Both the position numbers and the translations under genes were made by a program. Shown here piece after piece: positions 39,200 to 53,124 of a stretch of 64,000 bases of DNA. Source of the stretch: Octopus bimaculoides (lineage: Eukaryota). The stretch lies in assembly GCF_001194135.2 (NCBI RefSeq), contig NC_068984.1:62580191-62644190 (forward strand). Direction: 5' to 3'. The notes under the pieces are model-generated. The model saw only the letters and a list, made by a program, of their open reading frames with translations. It searched no databases and was not told where the DNA came from. How positions within the stretch are numbered: the stretch's first letter is position 1; each line of letters begins with the position of its first letter.

Positions 39200-41290
39200 T
39201 ATGCCTTCGTGTTTGGCATTGAAGAATTGAGGAAAAGCGAATCTCGCCGCCAGCACGTCGGTTGCTATGCCTTTCCTAAGCGCCTCTTCTAGCTTCCTAA
39301 CTAGGACTCCCTCTATGCTAGATTCCTCTAACGATATTTCCTTAATAAAACCTACTGCCTCTACTCTACCAGGACTATCCACCAACGGCTGTTGATGATT
39401 GCTCCCGCCAGCGCTTGATGGACTAATTTGCTAAACTGTACTCTGAAAGATTGGCACGACGATAAGAAGGCGTTCAGCTTCCAGTATCCGGGCCCTGTCT
39501 ATGGATCTTATCTGTGCCGACCGTAAAGATCACAAAGATATGATCCGTGTAGCCGACGACGTTGAAACTTGGACAACTTATACTACTTCTATCTACAGGC
39601 CTACAAAATACTCTCGATACGATCTGGAAGGCCCGATAATATTCGTCCATGTCCACACTCGTGTACTCGAGAAAGTCAGTCGGTGGCTGTCAGCTAATAG
39701 AAAGAGGCTGAGCAGGTTTGTGAGGCTTTTTCTCTATCTCTCCTATCAGCTAACCCCACTCTATCCAGGTGTGCATCCAAGATGCTGCTCTAGTCACCCA
39801 CTAACGTTAAAGAGCGTGACGTCCCAAAGAAAACCTACACACATTTGAAGAAACCTGGCTGCTCCAACCCTTTGAGCACACCAACTTCTCTCACGTGAAG
39901 ACCACCAAATTGCCTTCCGGATCCAAGAAGATCGTCCAAATTTCGAGATCCAGACCTTTCCTAAAGAGCACTGCCACCTCGCCTCCCATTTTGGCCCGAC
40001 TATGTGATGCGTAGATCTCATAATCGTAAAAACTGGGTGCAAGATTGCTTTTGTGGGAAACCCTGGTCTCACTGGCTACTACCACATCCAAACGTAGCGA
40101 GCTGAGGTCATTGAGCAAGTGACCTTGCTTTCAGCCTGACCTCTCGCCGCGAACACCGATGCAGCACACTTTGACAATCACCATGACGGCTCGAAAAGGT
40201 TGATGAAAAGAAAAAAGATAGGGTTACTTACTCTCCTGGCGCTGTTGGAAGCCCGGTGACCTGGGTTCCAGACCTGGTTCCTCTGGGAAACCGGCTAAAA
40301 GCCTCTTCGTGGTGCATACGTTTGGCCATCCCATGTTACGCGGGAAATACCTCTCAATTTTTTTGTTTGCTTTGAGTTGCACTCTCTCTCTCACTCTTCT
40401 TCTTTGTGGCTATGAGAGCCAACAAATTTTCCTTGGCTTTCATAGCACGTAATTCGGTGTTTCCGTATTGGTGACTATAAGCTTTGTTTTCAGGGATACA
40501 TGTGGTTGTGAGTGAATTGGTGTATTTGGTTGGGGTAGTAATGGTTGTGTGGAGGGTGGTGCTGGTGTTTTTGCAGTGTCTATATTCGATATGCTGAGGG
40601 TTTCTGTGTTTTCAGGTGTTGGTATAGGTTCGTCTTCAGTTTTCCTTTAGGTTTTTATGCATTGTTAGGTTCTTCCTCATCTTCACTACGGGATCAGGAG
40701 GGACTAGTGTGTGTAAAATCTTTCTCGGGAGTGTGAGTGTGTCTGTGGTCTTGTGAGCGTGTTGGTGTGAGTATGTACTTTAAAGAGATGTTGAGGAGTG
40801 GATGGTTTGACATAGCTTTGGTGGTTTTCTCCATTCTATGAGGTTCACGTGCTTCAGTCGCTGTTGGAGATGAGACTACCGTGTTATTAAATGGTCTCTA
40901 TTGTTGCTGTTGCTGTTGTTGCGGGTGCGATTTAGGCTGCAGGTGTGGCCACGTATCTCCCAACTTTTGGGGCAGAAGGCTCACAGGTGGCTGTAGCCAC
41001 GCAAATGTCGCATTTATGCTTCCTGTCTTCCACGACAACACACAATTCCACCCCGTTGGCCAGCTGGATCAAGTCCGAGATCTCGAAATTATCTGGCTTC
41101 ACATGGATCGATATTTCCAAGTTGATCCCACAGCAGTTCTCCCTGCTGCTCCTTTTTACCTCCAGGCATGTCTCTGAGTCCTGCACCGCACAGGTTACAA
41201 TCCACCAGACGTTTACGCCCGGTTACACGCCATTTACCCTAACTCTGGTCGTTCTCTTTGAGAGGTAGGTGGAATACAAGACTCACTCCT
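39200..41290 (-). mobile_element. Tx1/L1-like LINE: ORF1 + APE endonuclease + linker, RT missing
   Basis: ORF1-like RTTRVRVNGV...GINLEISIHV...VELCVVVEDRKHKCDIC (~40930-41270); APE VIVKVCCIGVRG...LDVVVASETRV...GGEVAVLFRKGL..IFLDPEGNLVV (~39890-40180); decayed linker to ~39200. Confidence 0.8.
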
Positions 41291-42324
41291 GAGTCCAGCG
41301 GGGTGACACTACATGTCATTGCGCTAGGTCCTCATTTTAAAAAAGAACCTCAATGATGGCAAACTGCTTCCTTCTCTAAATATGGGCCACTTCTATTAAA
41401 ATTTCACTGAGGGCCTTCTCAATATAACTGATGGACGCTAATTCACCTCTCCTACTTTTTCACGAGACGCATCTTCTCTTATTTTGCACCTTTTATTTCT
41501 GGAGGTACGAGCACTGCAACCTTACCCTTTTCAAATTTAATGATATCTTTCGCTCTTGTTTTGTTATTGAGTGCGATGGCAAACATTTCTCACTCTGTAT
41601 TCGCTACATCAGCAAACCTTTTTATTTTTGTTTTTGTTGTTGTTTTCGTTGTTACTGCTGCTGTTGATGTTGCTGTTGGTGATGGCGGTGGAGTTGTAGA
41701 CACTTGTACCGTTGCCGATCTCTCTATTTCCCTCCAGTTCGCCTTCAATTGTAGGATTATTTTTTCCACTAAAATCCGTAGCATTATTAACGTAACTCCT
41801 ATCTCTGCTACTACTGTCACTACCACTACTGCTGCTGGTGCTGTTGCTGTTTCTCACATTGTTGTTCCTACCACTACTACTACTGCTGATGCTGCTGTTA
41901 CTGCTGCCGCTGTTGCTATAATTGCTACCACTGCTGTTTTCCATGTTACCACAGATGTTACTACGAGGTGGACTTTGTAGTTTTTCTCCCTTTTCTCCTC
42001 CCTCTCTCTTGTATTATCGCCAGTAACAGAGGGAAGGGGAAGGAAACCCTTAGTAGTCACTAGACTAGCGGGAGGGGAGGTATTTTCATAACTCTTTCAA
42101 GATATGCCCCGCCATCTTGTTGAATTGTATTTGATTAAGCACCGATCGAACTTATTTGGTGTCCCACATATAGCCCAGTCAGGGGCCAAACAAGCAGAGA
42201 AAAACAGGAACTTGGGGCATAATGTAAGCTGAAAAAAGGGCACCAAACTGGTGTAAAGAAAATGCGTAAACTGAACTTACTCGGAGCGCTCGAAAGCACG
42301 TCCGATGTACTCCGCACCAAATAT

Positions 42325-42369
<45 letters not shown>

Positions 42370-42373
<4 letters not shown>

Positions 42374-42690
42374 TCCTTAACTGGACACTAAACGAACTAT
42401 CTAAAATAGACAGGAAAACAAGAAAAATAATGACAGGATCAAGGATGCACCACCCAAAATCTGACATAGAAAGGCTATATATACAACGTACAGAATGTGG
42501 TAGGGGTCTTATACAGCTGGAAAACTATGATAAAAAAACCCACCAAAGGACTGCAAAAATACCTTCTCCAGAAGCAAGGAAAACTAATACAAATAGCCAC
42601 AAAACACGAGCAAAACAAAAACCTGTTTTCAGTATTTAAGGAAGCTGACAAATACAAACAAGAAATCATACTACTTAATAAATACGAAGA
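42370..42690 (+). mobile_element. R4/Dong-like (RLE-type) LINE fragment next to (AAT)n
   Basis: ILNWTLNELSKIDRKTRKIMTGSRMHHPKSDIERLYIQRTECGRGLIQLE resembles the post-RT region of R4/Dong elements. Confidence 0.75.
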
Positions 42691-45600
42691 AGAAGAAGAA
42701 GAAGAAGAACAACAACAACAACAACAATTTTGTGTAGAAGTATTTGAAAATTAACCAGATGTTCGATAGACTAGTAATAAGAGAACAGAAAATTTTTAGG
42801 AGAATAATTTCTGAGAAGAAAGAATCATCACAATAACAATATTGAACAAATGAAGGATGCGTGGAAATAAAAGAAGGAAGCCACTTGCAAAAAGAGGATT
42901 TGAAAGGTATTACATTAAACTGATGATTAGAAGGTTTAAAGAGTGTATATAATATAGCAGTTATGCATTAAAATACTGACGAAATCAATTCACTTAGACT
43001 ATTTCATTCTGGTTTCCTAACATTAAAGAAAGGCAAATCCTAAAGTTCATCGAACCATAACCTGTATAATAACAGCTTACAAAGATTTGACAGAAATAAA
43101 ATTGCAGAAGATAAAGAAACATCTTGATAGACATTTTCTTATTAAGGAAGTTGAATAGGATCGTACAACTGTACGATTTCATTTCTAATGAACAAAGACA
43201 TAACTGAACTGCAGCAGTAAAACCTCCTGGGCATCAGATGGCTTCGTCCTGAAACATTCTTCGACAGCGGTGTCCAGGAAAGGATACCCTCTGCTGCAAA
43301 TAGCTTAAATCGAAATGTCAGTCTAGACTGACAAGAATCGGACAACAAATATGCTTGTTAATAGTAATAGTTTCAAACCCCACCTCGAATAGTAAACAGT
43401 TGTATTAGCGGAATTGATATGAAATTTGAATATAAAAAAAAGCTCGAACTTGTCAAAACAACCGCGCAAACAGGAAGCGAAGTTTAAAATATCCAATAGA
43501 AATGCTTGATAAACATAAATAATAGAAATGTAAATTTTTACTACTACTACAACTACTACTACTACTACTACCACCTCCACCACCTCCAACCCCACCACCA
43601 CCACCACCACCATGACTACTACCAACACCACCACAGCCACCAGCACTACTACTGGCAATAATAATAAAAATAATAATAGTTTAAAATTTTGCCACAAGGG
43701 CTTCAATTTTGGCGGGGGGGGGGGGNNNNNNNNNNNNNNNNNNNNNNNNNNNNNNNNNNNNNNNNNNGGGGGGGGGGGGGGGGTGAGTCGATTACAACGA
43801 CCAGTACCAGTGTACAACAGGAACTTATTTTATCGACCCCCAAAAGATGAAAGGCAAAATAACTACACTGTATTGTGGAGAAGAACACATTGACATCATC
43901 CTAGATCATTGATTACAGTCTAATTAGAAACGTAACTAAACATGTAGGTGCATCTTCTATGTACAAAACAAAGTAACACAGCAATAATATATTGGACAGC
44001 GGAGGTATAAGTTTAAAAGAAGCTGTTATTGAAAACGCATGGAAATGTATGTGGATTGTTAAAAACGAAACACTCTAAAACACATTAAGAAATATTCCTA
44101 AAGTCGATACGAATCAAAACAATCTCCTAAAACAAAGATGAGAAGGAGCCACATACGGCTCTGATTGCATTCTGCTCCTTCCTATCCGTGCAAATTGTCT
44201 TCTCTGAAAATTTTCTTGATTAATTTCAGCAATTGAATTTTCGAAGAGTGAAGAAGTGCTCCAACTTAGGTTCACAATCTTTTGGCTGTTGATATTCCAC
44301 TAAAATGTCATCTGCCATTGAGAGTCATCTGGTATTTCTCACTCCTCCATCTCAAGCATCAAAGTATTTTCTTTGCTTACTTTTTATCTTGTGAGCACAT
44401 GATTCGCATCCCCATTCATTTCTGACCGTTATTTGCTTCAATTAACATCTCTTCTCAAAGCAGTAAAATTATGAGGTGGTAGTTCTGATCGTAGGTACTG
44501 CTCAGTCTTTCGCCTGAAGAGGAAATTCACTGTATTCTCTGTCATCATCAACCCCCTGGTTCTTGTTATAATGGAATCGTGGTCATTACTTTGGCTTTTA
44601 TTCCGGCTTCTTGGAGATGAACCAGGTGATGTTGTAACAACGGAAGAATCCAACACAGTTTCAGTAACGAGTACTTCTGCTACAGTTCCTGCTTGATTCC
44701 ATATTTTTCTATTGTCTTTCCTTTCCTTCTAAGCGGGAGTATCAATCCTTTCACTAATTTCCTTTTGGCAAAGGAAATTAGCTCATCTACCCTGACTGAG
44801 CCGTTGCATCGACCCCATAACATAACCACTCCTTCAATGAAGTAAATCTACTGAATAGTCGTATAACCTTCGGAAATGAAAAGAATATGGATGGTGTTAC
44901 CGATTCGACATCATCAGATGTTGTTTAGAACCAAAGTTAGTGCTAAACGTATACCCATAGTGATGCAAAAAGGTAGCATGACAAAGTTTGAAGCTTGTGC
45001 TAATAACTCAATAGTTCCTCATGAAGTGTACAGATCTACACACTTTCCCATTTTTTTTATTTGATCTGAAAATCAAGCTCATATTTACCCACCCTCCAGC
45101 ATGTTTCAACACGATGTAAACATAATCTCACTTCGAAACCTATATATGCTACTCAGGTTGTTAGAGTTTATACATTAGTGCTATTTTTCGAGATAATTGT
45201 GTGTTCATATAAGTATACGTGTGGCAAACCGTCGCAAAATATTTGTCCAGTTTGTAAGAAATCTGTCTTGTAATTCTAAAGGTTCCCTATTATTGTGCGG
45301 CACCTTGGGCATGTATCATTCATGAAACATGGATGCATATGAGATTTGTGAATGAAAGGGGATTGCCAGAAACCACACTCAAACACGTAGCAGTAATTCT
45401 AACAGGCAAGCCTGAGCTGGATATTGAATCTCAATGAAGATTAGTTGTGAATTTTGTGATTTACTCAACTATATATCAGTAATTACATATTTCAAGTACA
45501 TGTAGTGTTTGTTGCTCATACAGCTACAGAAATAATTGCAGGAACTGATGACGCATCCATTTAATTGTTAATATATCAGTACTACTATGAACATTTTATA

Positions 45601-46933
45601 TTTTCATGTGTGTATTGGTATATATATTTCCAATAGTAAGATAATTTTATAGGACATTCTAATTCTGTTTGCCTAAAACATAGGTTTTATTTTCCCACCG
45701 GCAGGGCAACATAATGCATACACACCAATTTTTTCAAAGTGAATGAAAGAAATTTGCCCTACACGGCGAGTATCCAGCTACCAAACAGAAACTTCAGTTG
45801 ATTCCTATTATGGATTTCCAGAATTAAACATTTGGTACAGTTAAGTACATATTGTAGGAGGTGAGAACACAATATGGAAGAAACGTTGCCTGATAATTAG
45901 AGAAATCGAAAGATAAATATATGTATGTGAATTGCACATATGTATGGATATATATATATATATATACACAGACATACGTATATATGTGTGTATACATATG
46001 TGTATACATATATATGCATATATGTGTGTGCATGTGCATATATATACGCACACACACACATATATATATATATATANNNNNNNNNNNNNNNNNNNNNNNN
46101 NNNNNNNNNNNNNNNNNNNNNNNNNNNNNNNNNNNNNNNNNNNNNNNNNNNNNNNNNNNNNNNNNNNNNNNNNNNNNNNNNNNNNNNNNNNNNNNNNNNN
46201 NNNNNNNNNNNNNNNNNNNNNNNNNNNNNNNNNNNNNNNNNNNNNNNNNNNNNNNNNNNNNNNNNNNNNATATATATATATATAGATAGATAGATCGGTG
46301 TGTGCGTGCACTCTCTGTATATATATGTAAATATTTATGAAGCTAAATAAATGGATTAATGCATGCAGAATAGATAATAACTTAGGAATATACTGCTTCT
46401 TCTACATCAACGATAAGCATGTCTTGTTTTAGAACAACGAAAGCAAAAACGCAAAACCATAATAGCAGCTTTAGAAATGTTTTAAAACCACCACATATAA
46501 TATATGTACTAAGTTGTATATATGTATTATAATGAACACGTGAGAAGCTGTTAAAAGAATGACATCTTTACCGCCAACATGAACATCGTAAAAAAAAGGA
46601 AAAGTAAAAAGGAAAAAATGAAATACGCATCTCCTCAACCATACTATCTCATTATCTTGAGATTTCAGTTTGTATTAACTAAAAAGAAAAAAAATCTAAC
46701 CATAACAAGTGCTAAAACATACGAACAATAACAGGAAAATGTTATCAATAATCTAACTAAGGAGAGGGAAAAGATTTGAGAATTTCTCCATGAACTTTTG
46801 ATATGTGTTGATTAATATTTACTAACCACGCTAATCATCAACGATTGAAAGCATCTGCTCTCCTGCTCATCTTTATTATATCTATGTGTCACCGTCCCCT
46901 CAATGCTGTATTATTTATTCTCTAGCTATCACT

Positions 46934-46976
<43 letters not shown>

Positions 46977-47253
46977 TGTGTGTATGGGTGCGCGCGCTTA
47001 TATACATGTACGTATTGTACCTGCGTAAATACTGCTATTTGCACATATATACATACATATACGTATACACACACAAATACATACATACATATATGCATTC
47101 ATTCATACATTCATACATACGTACATACATACATACAAACACACATACATACCGTTCTGTCTCGTATGTACTATCTCCTTCTCCCATTCAGATATAATGT
47201 TGCAGTAGTTTCTGCGATTCTTGTTATCGATCAAATTTAATGTAGATTGGAAT

Positions 47254-47300
<47 letters not shown>

Positions 47301-47544
47301 GAGCGTGTGTGTGTTTTTGCGAGCGTGTGTACATGTAAGTATATGTATATATATATTTAATAACAACTTAAGTGCATAATTTAAAAGAATGTCGACTATT
47401 GTAAAATGCCAGACTGTTTGTATTCAATACATGACTAAAGAACAGGAGAATACAGAAAAAGATCTTTAAATAATGTTCGAATTTTAGTTAAAACTATATT
47501 TACTAACGGTCGAGGATCAAATGCTTGACATTATTTAATGGACT

Positions 47545-47765
47545 TATAGCGGCGAGCAGTTTGAATAGTTAGCAGGCCGGCGAAAATGTTCAACGGCTTT
47601 TCGCCCGTCTTTACGTTCTGATTTCAAATTCCACCGAGGCAGACTTTGCTTTTCATCATTTCAGCTGTCGATGAAATAAATACCAGTTGAATACTGAGGC
47701 CGATGTAATCGACTTAGCCCATTTCTGCAAATTTCTGGCTTTGTGTCAACATTTGAAACAATTAT
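47545..47765 (+). mobile_element. tRNA-derived SINE (family A)
   Basis: gcggcgagcag...ttagcaggccggcgaaaatg...tttacgttctgatttcaaattccaccgaggcagactttgcttttcatc...gtcgatgaaataaataccag. Confidence 0.8.
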
Positions 47766-48785
47766 TTAACAGACTCAATGTACTGAAAACATTTTATTTA
47801 TTTCATCATTTACACCATAATGCATACTGGTGATGTTTCATTTATCGACGTCTAATGAAAGACACGATGTTTAAATTTCTAGCATTGAACCGTGTTGGCC
47901 TTATAATTATATTTTAGCTCATTTAATTATATTTTAGCTCTCCAAAATGCATTTTGTACTTATTATAATAGTTATTGTCTTTTTTTTTTATCAGAGTTAG
48001 TAAATAATATAATTGATATGACATCAAGTGCAAAATGTTTCAGCTTGAAGTAGTACGATGACTACTAATTTATGAGGCATATTATCATATGTTCAGTGTA
48101 CACACTGTAATTTCCTGTGTATTGTAATAAATAAAGAATGGGAATGAGGAAGTTCCTTCACAAATTTGTCTAAATCCAAACCCAGCTGTGTTTTCTGTCA
48201 AATGAACCAAATTGTAATATACTGCAATGCACAAGTTAAAAGACAATTTCCTCTGCTAAACAAGAATTGACGTCTGGTATAATAGTTGATACCTTAGAGA
48301 AGTAAAAGTAATTATGTTAAAAGTGATTTAACATATACATTTATTACGAGCTACCAGATCTCTTTATATAAAGCTAGATAATCATTCGAAAGATAGCAAA
48401 CTCAACTTACACAACAATACATTCTGCCTAGTTAATATACATAAATGTCAACAGTGGCAGTGAAAAGGTACAATCATCCAGATTACCGCTGCTCGAAGTT
48501 TGCTTTACGAATGAAATATAAATACCAAAATATAAAGAGAATATAAATAAAAATATAAAGCGAGTTACCCGGTTTCATGGCGTATATGTCCCCCACCTGT
48601 ACAGGACGTCGGTCCGTCGCAGGATTACTCATTTTTGTCAGCTGTGTGGACTGGAGTAACAAGAAATGAAATGTTTTGCTCAAGAATACAACACATCAAG
48701 TGGTCCATGAATCGAAACCGCAATCTTACGATCAAGACTCCAAGAAACTTAACACTAAATCACGCCCCTCCACACACACACACAA

Positions 48786-48833
<48 letters not shown>

Positions 48834-48921
48834 ATGATAATAATATTAGGGATAAAAATCCAAACTTACAGGTAAATTGTTCTTCTTTTCTCTAAATTAT
48901 ATATATAGGCGCAGGAGTGGC

Positions 48922-50360
48922 TGGGCGTTGGACAAAAAGTCCTGTTAAGCTGCTTGGAATCTGGTTCGGGTCAGGCCTTCAGATAGAGAAAAATTGCAGC
49001 AAGGTGACCAGCAGGGTGACTGCTGTAACCCAGACCTGGCCTGGTTGGGCGTTATCCTTTCTAGGAAAGACGGAGGTGGTGCAGATGTTTATAGGATCGG
49101 TTATCACCTACCGTCTGACCGTAGTGCCTTGCCCCGATTTGTGGTTGAACAAGTTGGAAAGAATCCTTTTCCACTTTTTGTGGAAGGGAGGAAAGCCACT
49201 CGTGAAGCGCTCTGTCTGCTGCCAGAAACCGGTAAAGGGTGGGCTAGGGATGCCTTGGCTGAGGATGCGAAAATTCGCGATAAGGTTGCGGCACCTTTGG
49301 CTTTACCTGGATGGAGAGCAGGTGTGGTCACCGCACGTCCGGTTCTACCTTCTGCAATTAACGTCCTTAACGGACGTTGGTAATTGGATCAAGCAGAGAA
49401 ATAGACTGGGGGACTGGCAATTGGTGTGCCGACAGGCACTTCAGCTACTCTCTCGAGCGTGCAATGTCGGCAATAGGCGTTCCACCGCGGATTATTACAG
49501 AGGGTTAGTGCGATTTAGGTCCGAAGACGCCTTGGGGGAGACCCTGGTCTACGATGAAAATCAGTTGACCAACCTGTTTAGGAAAACTTTCGGGTTGGGG
49601 TATCTGGACAATTACCAGAAATCCCTGGCTTGGCAGTGCTTCGTGTGGCGTTACCTATCGTGATAAACTGTCAAGGCATGGAAGTGCCGTATCGCCGACG
49701 TGTCCGAGGTGCAGGCGGGACAGGGAAACCGTCTTGCACGCATTTGTAGAATGTCAGGAATTAACGAGAATGATAGTTTTCGCAGAACAATTGGTATCAT
49801 CGATGGGAAGAGTACAACTATCAGCTGAATCTATGATCGAGATTGTGCCGCCTCCTTCCCTCAACAGGGAAAGGAAGGCTTGCTTTTCCTGCGTAGTAGC
49901 CATACTGAAAGAAACAGTATGGAAGACGCTTGTAAGAGGCATAGTGACGGATACCTCTGTATCTCGCCAGGGGTTAGTTAACTTTTTTTGCTACCATCTC
50001 AGTAGTAAGATCAGGCTGGAGAAGAGGTACCTGTCATGGTACAGATTCATGAGAAGATGGAAGGCTGTGGCGAGGAAGCTGGGAGTGTTTGGCACCAGGT
50101 AAGTGGAAGCCAAAAACAAGGGAAAGAAAAAGGCAAGGGTCTACCTTGGTGGTCGGACGCCTATCCTTCAGGAAAGCCAATACAAATTGCATCTGTAATG
50201 AGCAATGCTTTAATCGAACATTGTAAATATAATCAAATTATTATTGTATATTTAAAATTGTAAATATTTAATCGATACAGCTACTTCACCCCTTTTATGT
50301 TAGTCTGTCTTTGTTCGCCCCCTCTTTGTAATGCCTTTATGACAAATTTTTATGAAATAA
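48922..50360 (+). mobile_element. 5'-truncated Tx1/L1-like LINE (post-RT region, CCHC finger, 3' UTR) inserted in a SINE head
   Basis: ORF 48917-49663 VKLLGIWFG...LFHFLWKGGKPLVKRSVCCQKPVKGGLGMP; CPRCRRDRETVLHAFVEC finger; AATAAA at the 3' end. Confidence 0.85.
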
Positions 50361-50730
50361 AGTAGCTTGCTTACCAACCACATGGTTCCGGGTTCAGTCC
50401 AACTGTGTGGCACCTTGGACAAGTGTTTTCTACTATAGCCTCGGGCCGACCAAAGCCTTGTGAGTGGATTTTGTAGACGGAAACTGAAAGCAGCCCGTCG
50501 TATATATGTATATGTATATGTGTGTGTTTGTGTGTCTGTGTTTGTCCCCCAACATCGCTTGACAACCGAATGGTGTTGTGTTTACGTCCCCCGTAACTTA
50601 CCGGTTCGGCAAAATGACACCGATAGAATAAGTACTAGGCTTACAAAGAATAAGTACTGGGGTCGATGTGCTCGACTAAAAGGCGGTGCTCCAGCATGGC
50701 CGCAGTTAAATGACTGAAACGAGTAAAATA
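50361..50730 (+). mobile_element. tRNA-derived SINE (family B); its first ~17 nt lie at 48906-48921
   Basis: Near-complete family B sequence gtagcttgcttaccaaccacatggttccgggttcagtcc...ggtgctccagcatggccgcag...gagtaaaa. Confidence 0.9.
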
Positions 50731-51121
50731 GTGTATATATGGGGAGGGGTGTACATATGTATGTGTAAAAACGTTTCAATGTATATGCTCATATATAATT
50801 ATACAGAGAGAGAAGGAAAGAGAGAGGAATTCAGATATGCAGATATGCAGACTAGCAGACAAGCATACAAAGTAAGAAATACACCACTATACGTAGTATA
50901 AACTTGTAAAAAATGACAGCATTTTTTAAATAATAAGCTAAAATTGCATTTAGAAATAAATCAACATGAGATACAGTCCATTTATTCGATATATACTTGT
51001 TACAACATACTGTCAAGATGGTTTTTGTACCATGTTCATTTGCTAAAAGTTGTGTATATTTTCAATAATCAATGTAGCACACATTCCATCCACGTACAGA
51101 TTTAAATATCATTATTAACGC

Positions 51122-51164
<43 letters not shown>

Positions 51165-51842
51165 GTGTGCGCGCGTGTGTGTGTGTAAAGTGTTAGAGTG
51201 AAACACAAATACATCACAACACACAAATCTTATTCTATATGCATTTATTGCATACAGTTCTTTTGGTTAACATGAATTTCGGTAGGAAATATATGCAGTA
51301 AATGTATATTGAATAAACTTAGCATATTGTGATATACTTCCGCAGTATATCGTACATTACTGAACATAATTTAGACGTTCCTACTTTGAAACACTTTATG
51401 AACATAGTTGGAATGACATATCCTATGTAGAATTTTTTAATATACATAGATTTTTATGATTAATTCATTAAATCATTCATTGCAGCGTCTTTTTGATAAG
51501 AATCTGCATTTCATCAGGTCGCTTTTATCATTACTTGTAACCCTATACAATCAAACATTATTTTTCCTAGCACTATATTTGTAAAAATACGCAGCAAAGA
51601 TTATTATTGAAGATAAATATAATACAAGTTGTTTAGTATTTTCGTCCATAAAGTAAGTTGAACTTACGTCTCTCCCCATTAGTGCTACCACTGATCCACA
51701 TGTAAAATAAATTGACACTAATTAGAAAAAAATACACGCACCTCTCGCACACAAACATATAAATATAGGTATATATGCGTGTATTTATATATGTATATAG
51801 ATAGATAGCTAGATAGATAGACATGCGCATATATCTTCGTAC

Positions 51843-51898
51843 CTGATGCACAAATTCAGAATAACGCCAGAAAAAGATAAAGTTTTCTGCTGCGATAC
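51843..51898 (-). CDS. Candidate internal exon, product unknown (GIAAENFIFFWRYSEFVHQ or VSQQKTLSFSGVILNLCI)
   Basis: Acceptor aattttccttttccag and donor CAG|gtacga on the minus strand; two open frames. Confidence 0.35.
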
Positions 51899-53124
51899 CT
51901 GGAAAAGGAAAATTCTATTGATCTTTGAAAAAAATATGTGCATTAGCTTCCGTGCATATAATTTCAATTCGCTTCTCAGTGTACAAGTATTAAATATTTT
52001 AACAACACACCTATGATTATACGGAATGTTAGTTGACAAAAATAATAAAAAGATAATATAAATGAACTGAAATTGAGCGTGAAGATATGAAGAACAAATT
52101 GCATGAGTGGATGTAATTTTTCTGAACAGCAAGAGAATGATCATTTAGCAATATGAAAATCATATTTAAAAGCTATGTATGTTACTTATGGACTCATAAG
52201 CTTCACACCTCATGCTATTCATGTAGACATTCTCCCATATCGGCTCGAATCATCAACACAGACTGAAGAAAAAAAACCGGAAGTCACCAGACCAAATAGA
52301 AATTGCAGACAATTTATCCTGCACCCAGGAGATAAAACAGGAAAACATGATGTTATTTTGTTGCGCCTGATATTTAGAATATTTTCAATTTCGTAGTTAT
52401 AATTTAATTTTGATTGTAGTTACGTATTAATCTAATTTGAAAATATAATGGACAAATAAATTTGTGTTGGTTCATTGTTGCAATCCAATTTTATAAAAGT
52501 ATCATAAATATTATAGTTGTAATTACATTTTGCTTTTAGTTACATATTAAGCAAATTCAGGAATATAATTTACAAATAAGTGTGTCGTCTTCGATCAAAT
52601 GTGTGAGTTAGTGTGTGTATGCACATTTGTGTGTGTGCGTGCGCGCGCGCGCGTATGTGTGTGTGCGTGCGTGCGCGCGCGTGTATGTGTGTGTGCGTGC
52701 GTTGTGTGTTTGTGTGTGTGTGTGTAAATATACTTGTATATAAATGTGAAATTTATGTGAAATTTAATTTGCTATTATAAAATTGTCTGTGAATAACAAC
52801 GGATTTATCGTGCGGATAATGTCGCGGATGTTAAAATATTCTTGTAGACAATATATTTGAAAATACATCGAGTTGGGTAATGGATGATGTCATCGGACTT
52901 CAAGGAAGGGTTTCTGCATCGGACTTCAGGGAAGGGGTTTCTGCATCGGTACACTTCTACAAAGTACAATCTGATAACCTAGTTCTATGTAACTCCCATT
53001 AGTGTGTTTGGTATGCCAAATGTCCATCAGACAACAGTCATTTCAAAATATTTACCCTAATTGCCTTGTTTGTGATTTAAAGGGAGAGTGAGCATGTATC
53101 TACTTCATTTTCTGTTTGTCTTAC

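Noticed and set aside
41540-41980. 146-aa hydrophobic ORF and Ser/Asn-rich antisense ORF
   Set aside because: Degenerate (GCT/GTT/ACT)n low-complexity tract.
43130-43340. KTSWASDGFVLKH resembling the RT motif K-x-PGPDGF
   Set aside because: A single weak motif; too decayed to call.
52891-52949. 26-27-bp tandem duplication (catcggacttca.ggaaggg.tttctg x2.2)
   Set aside because: Real but ordinary local duplication with no additional structure.
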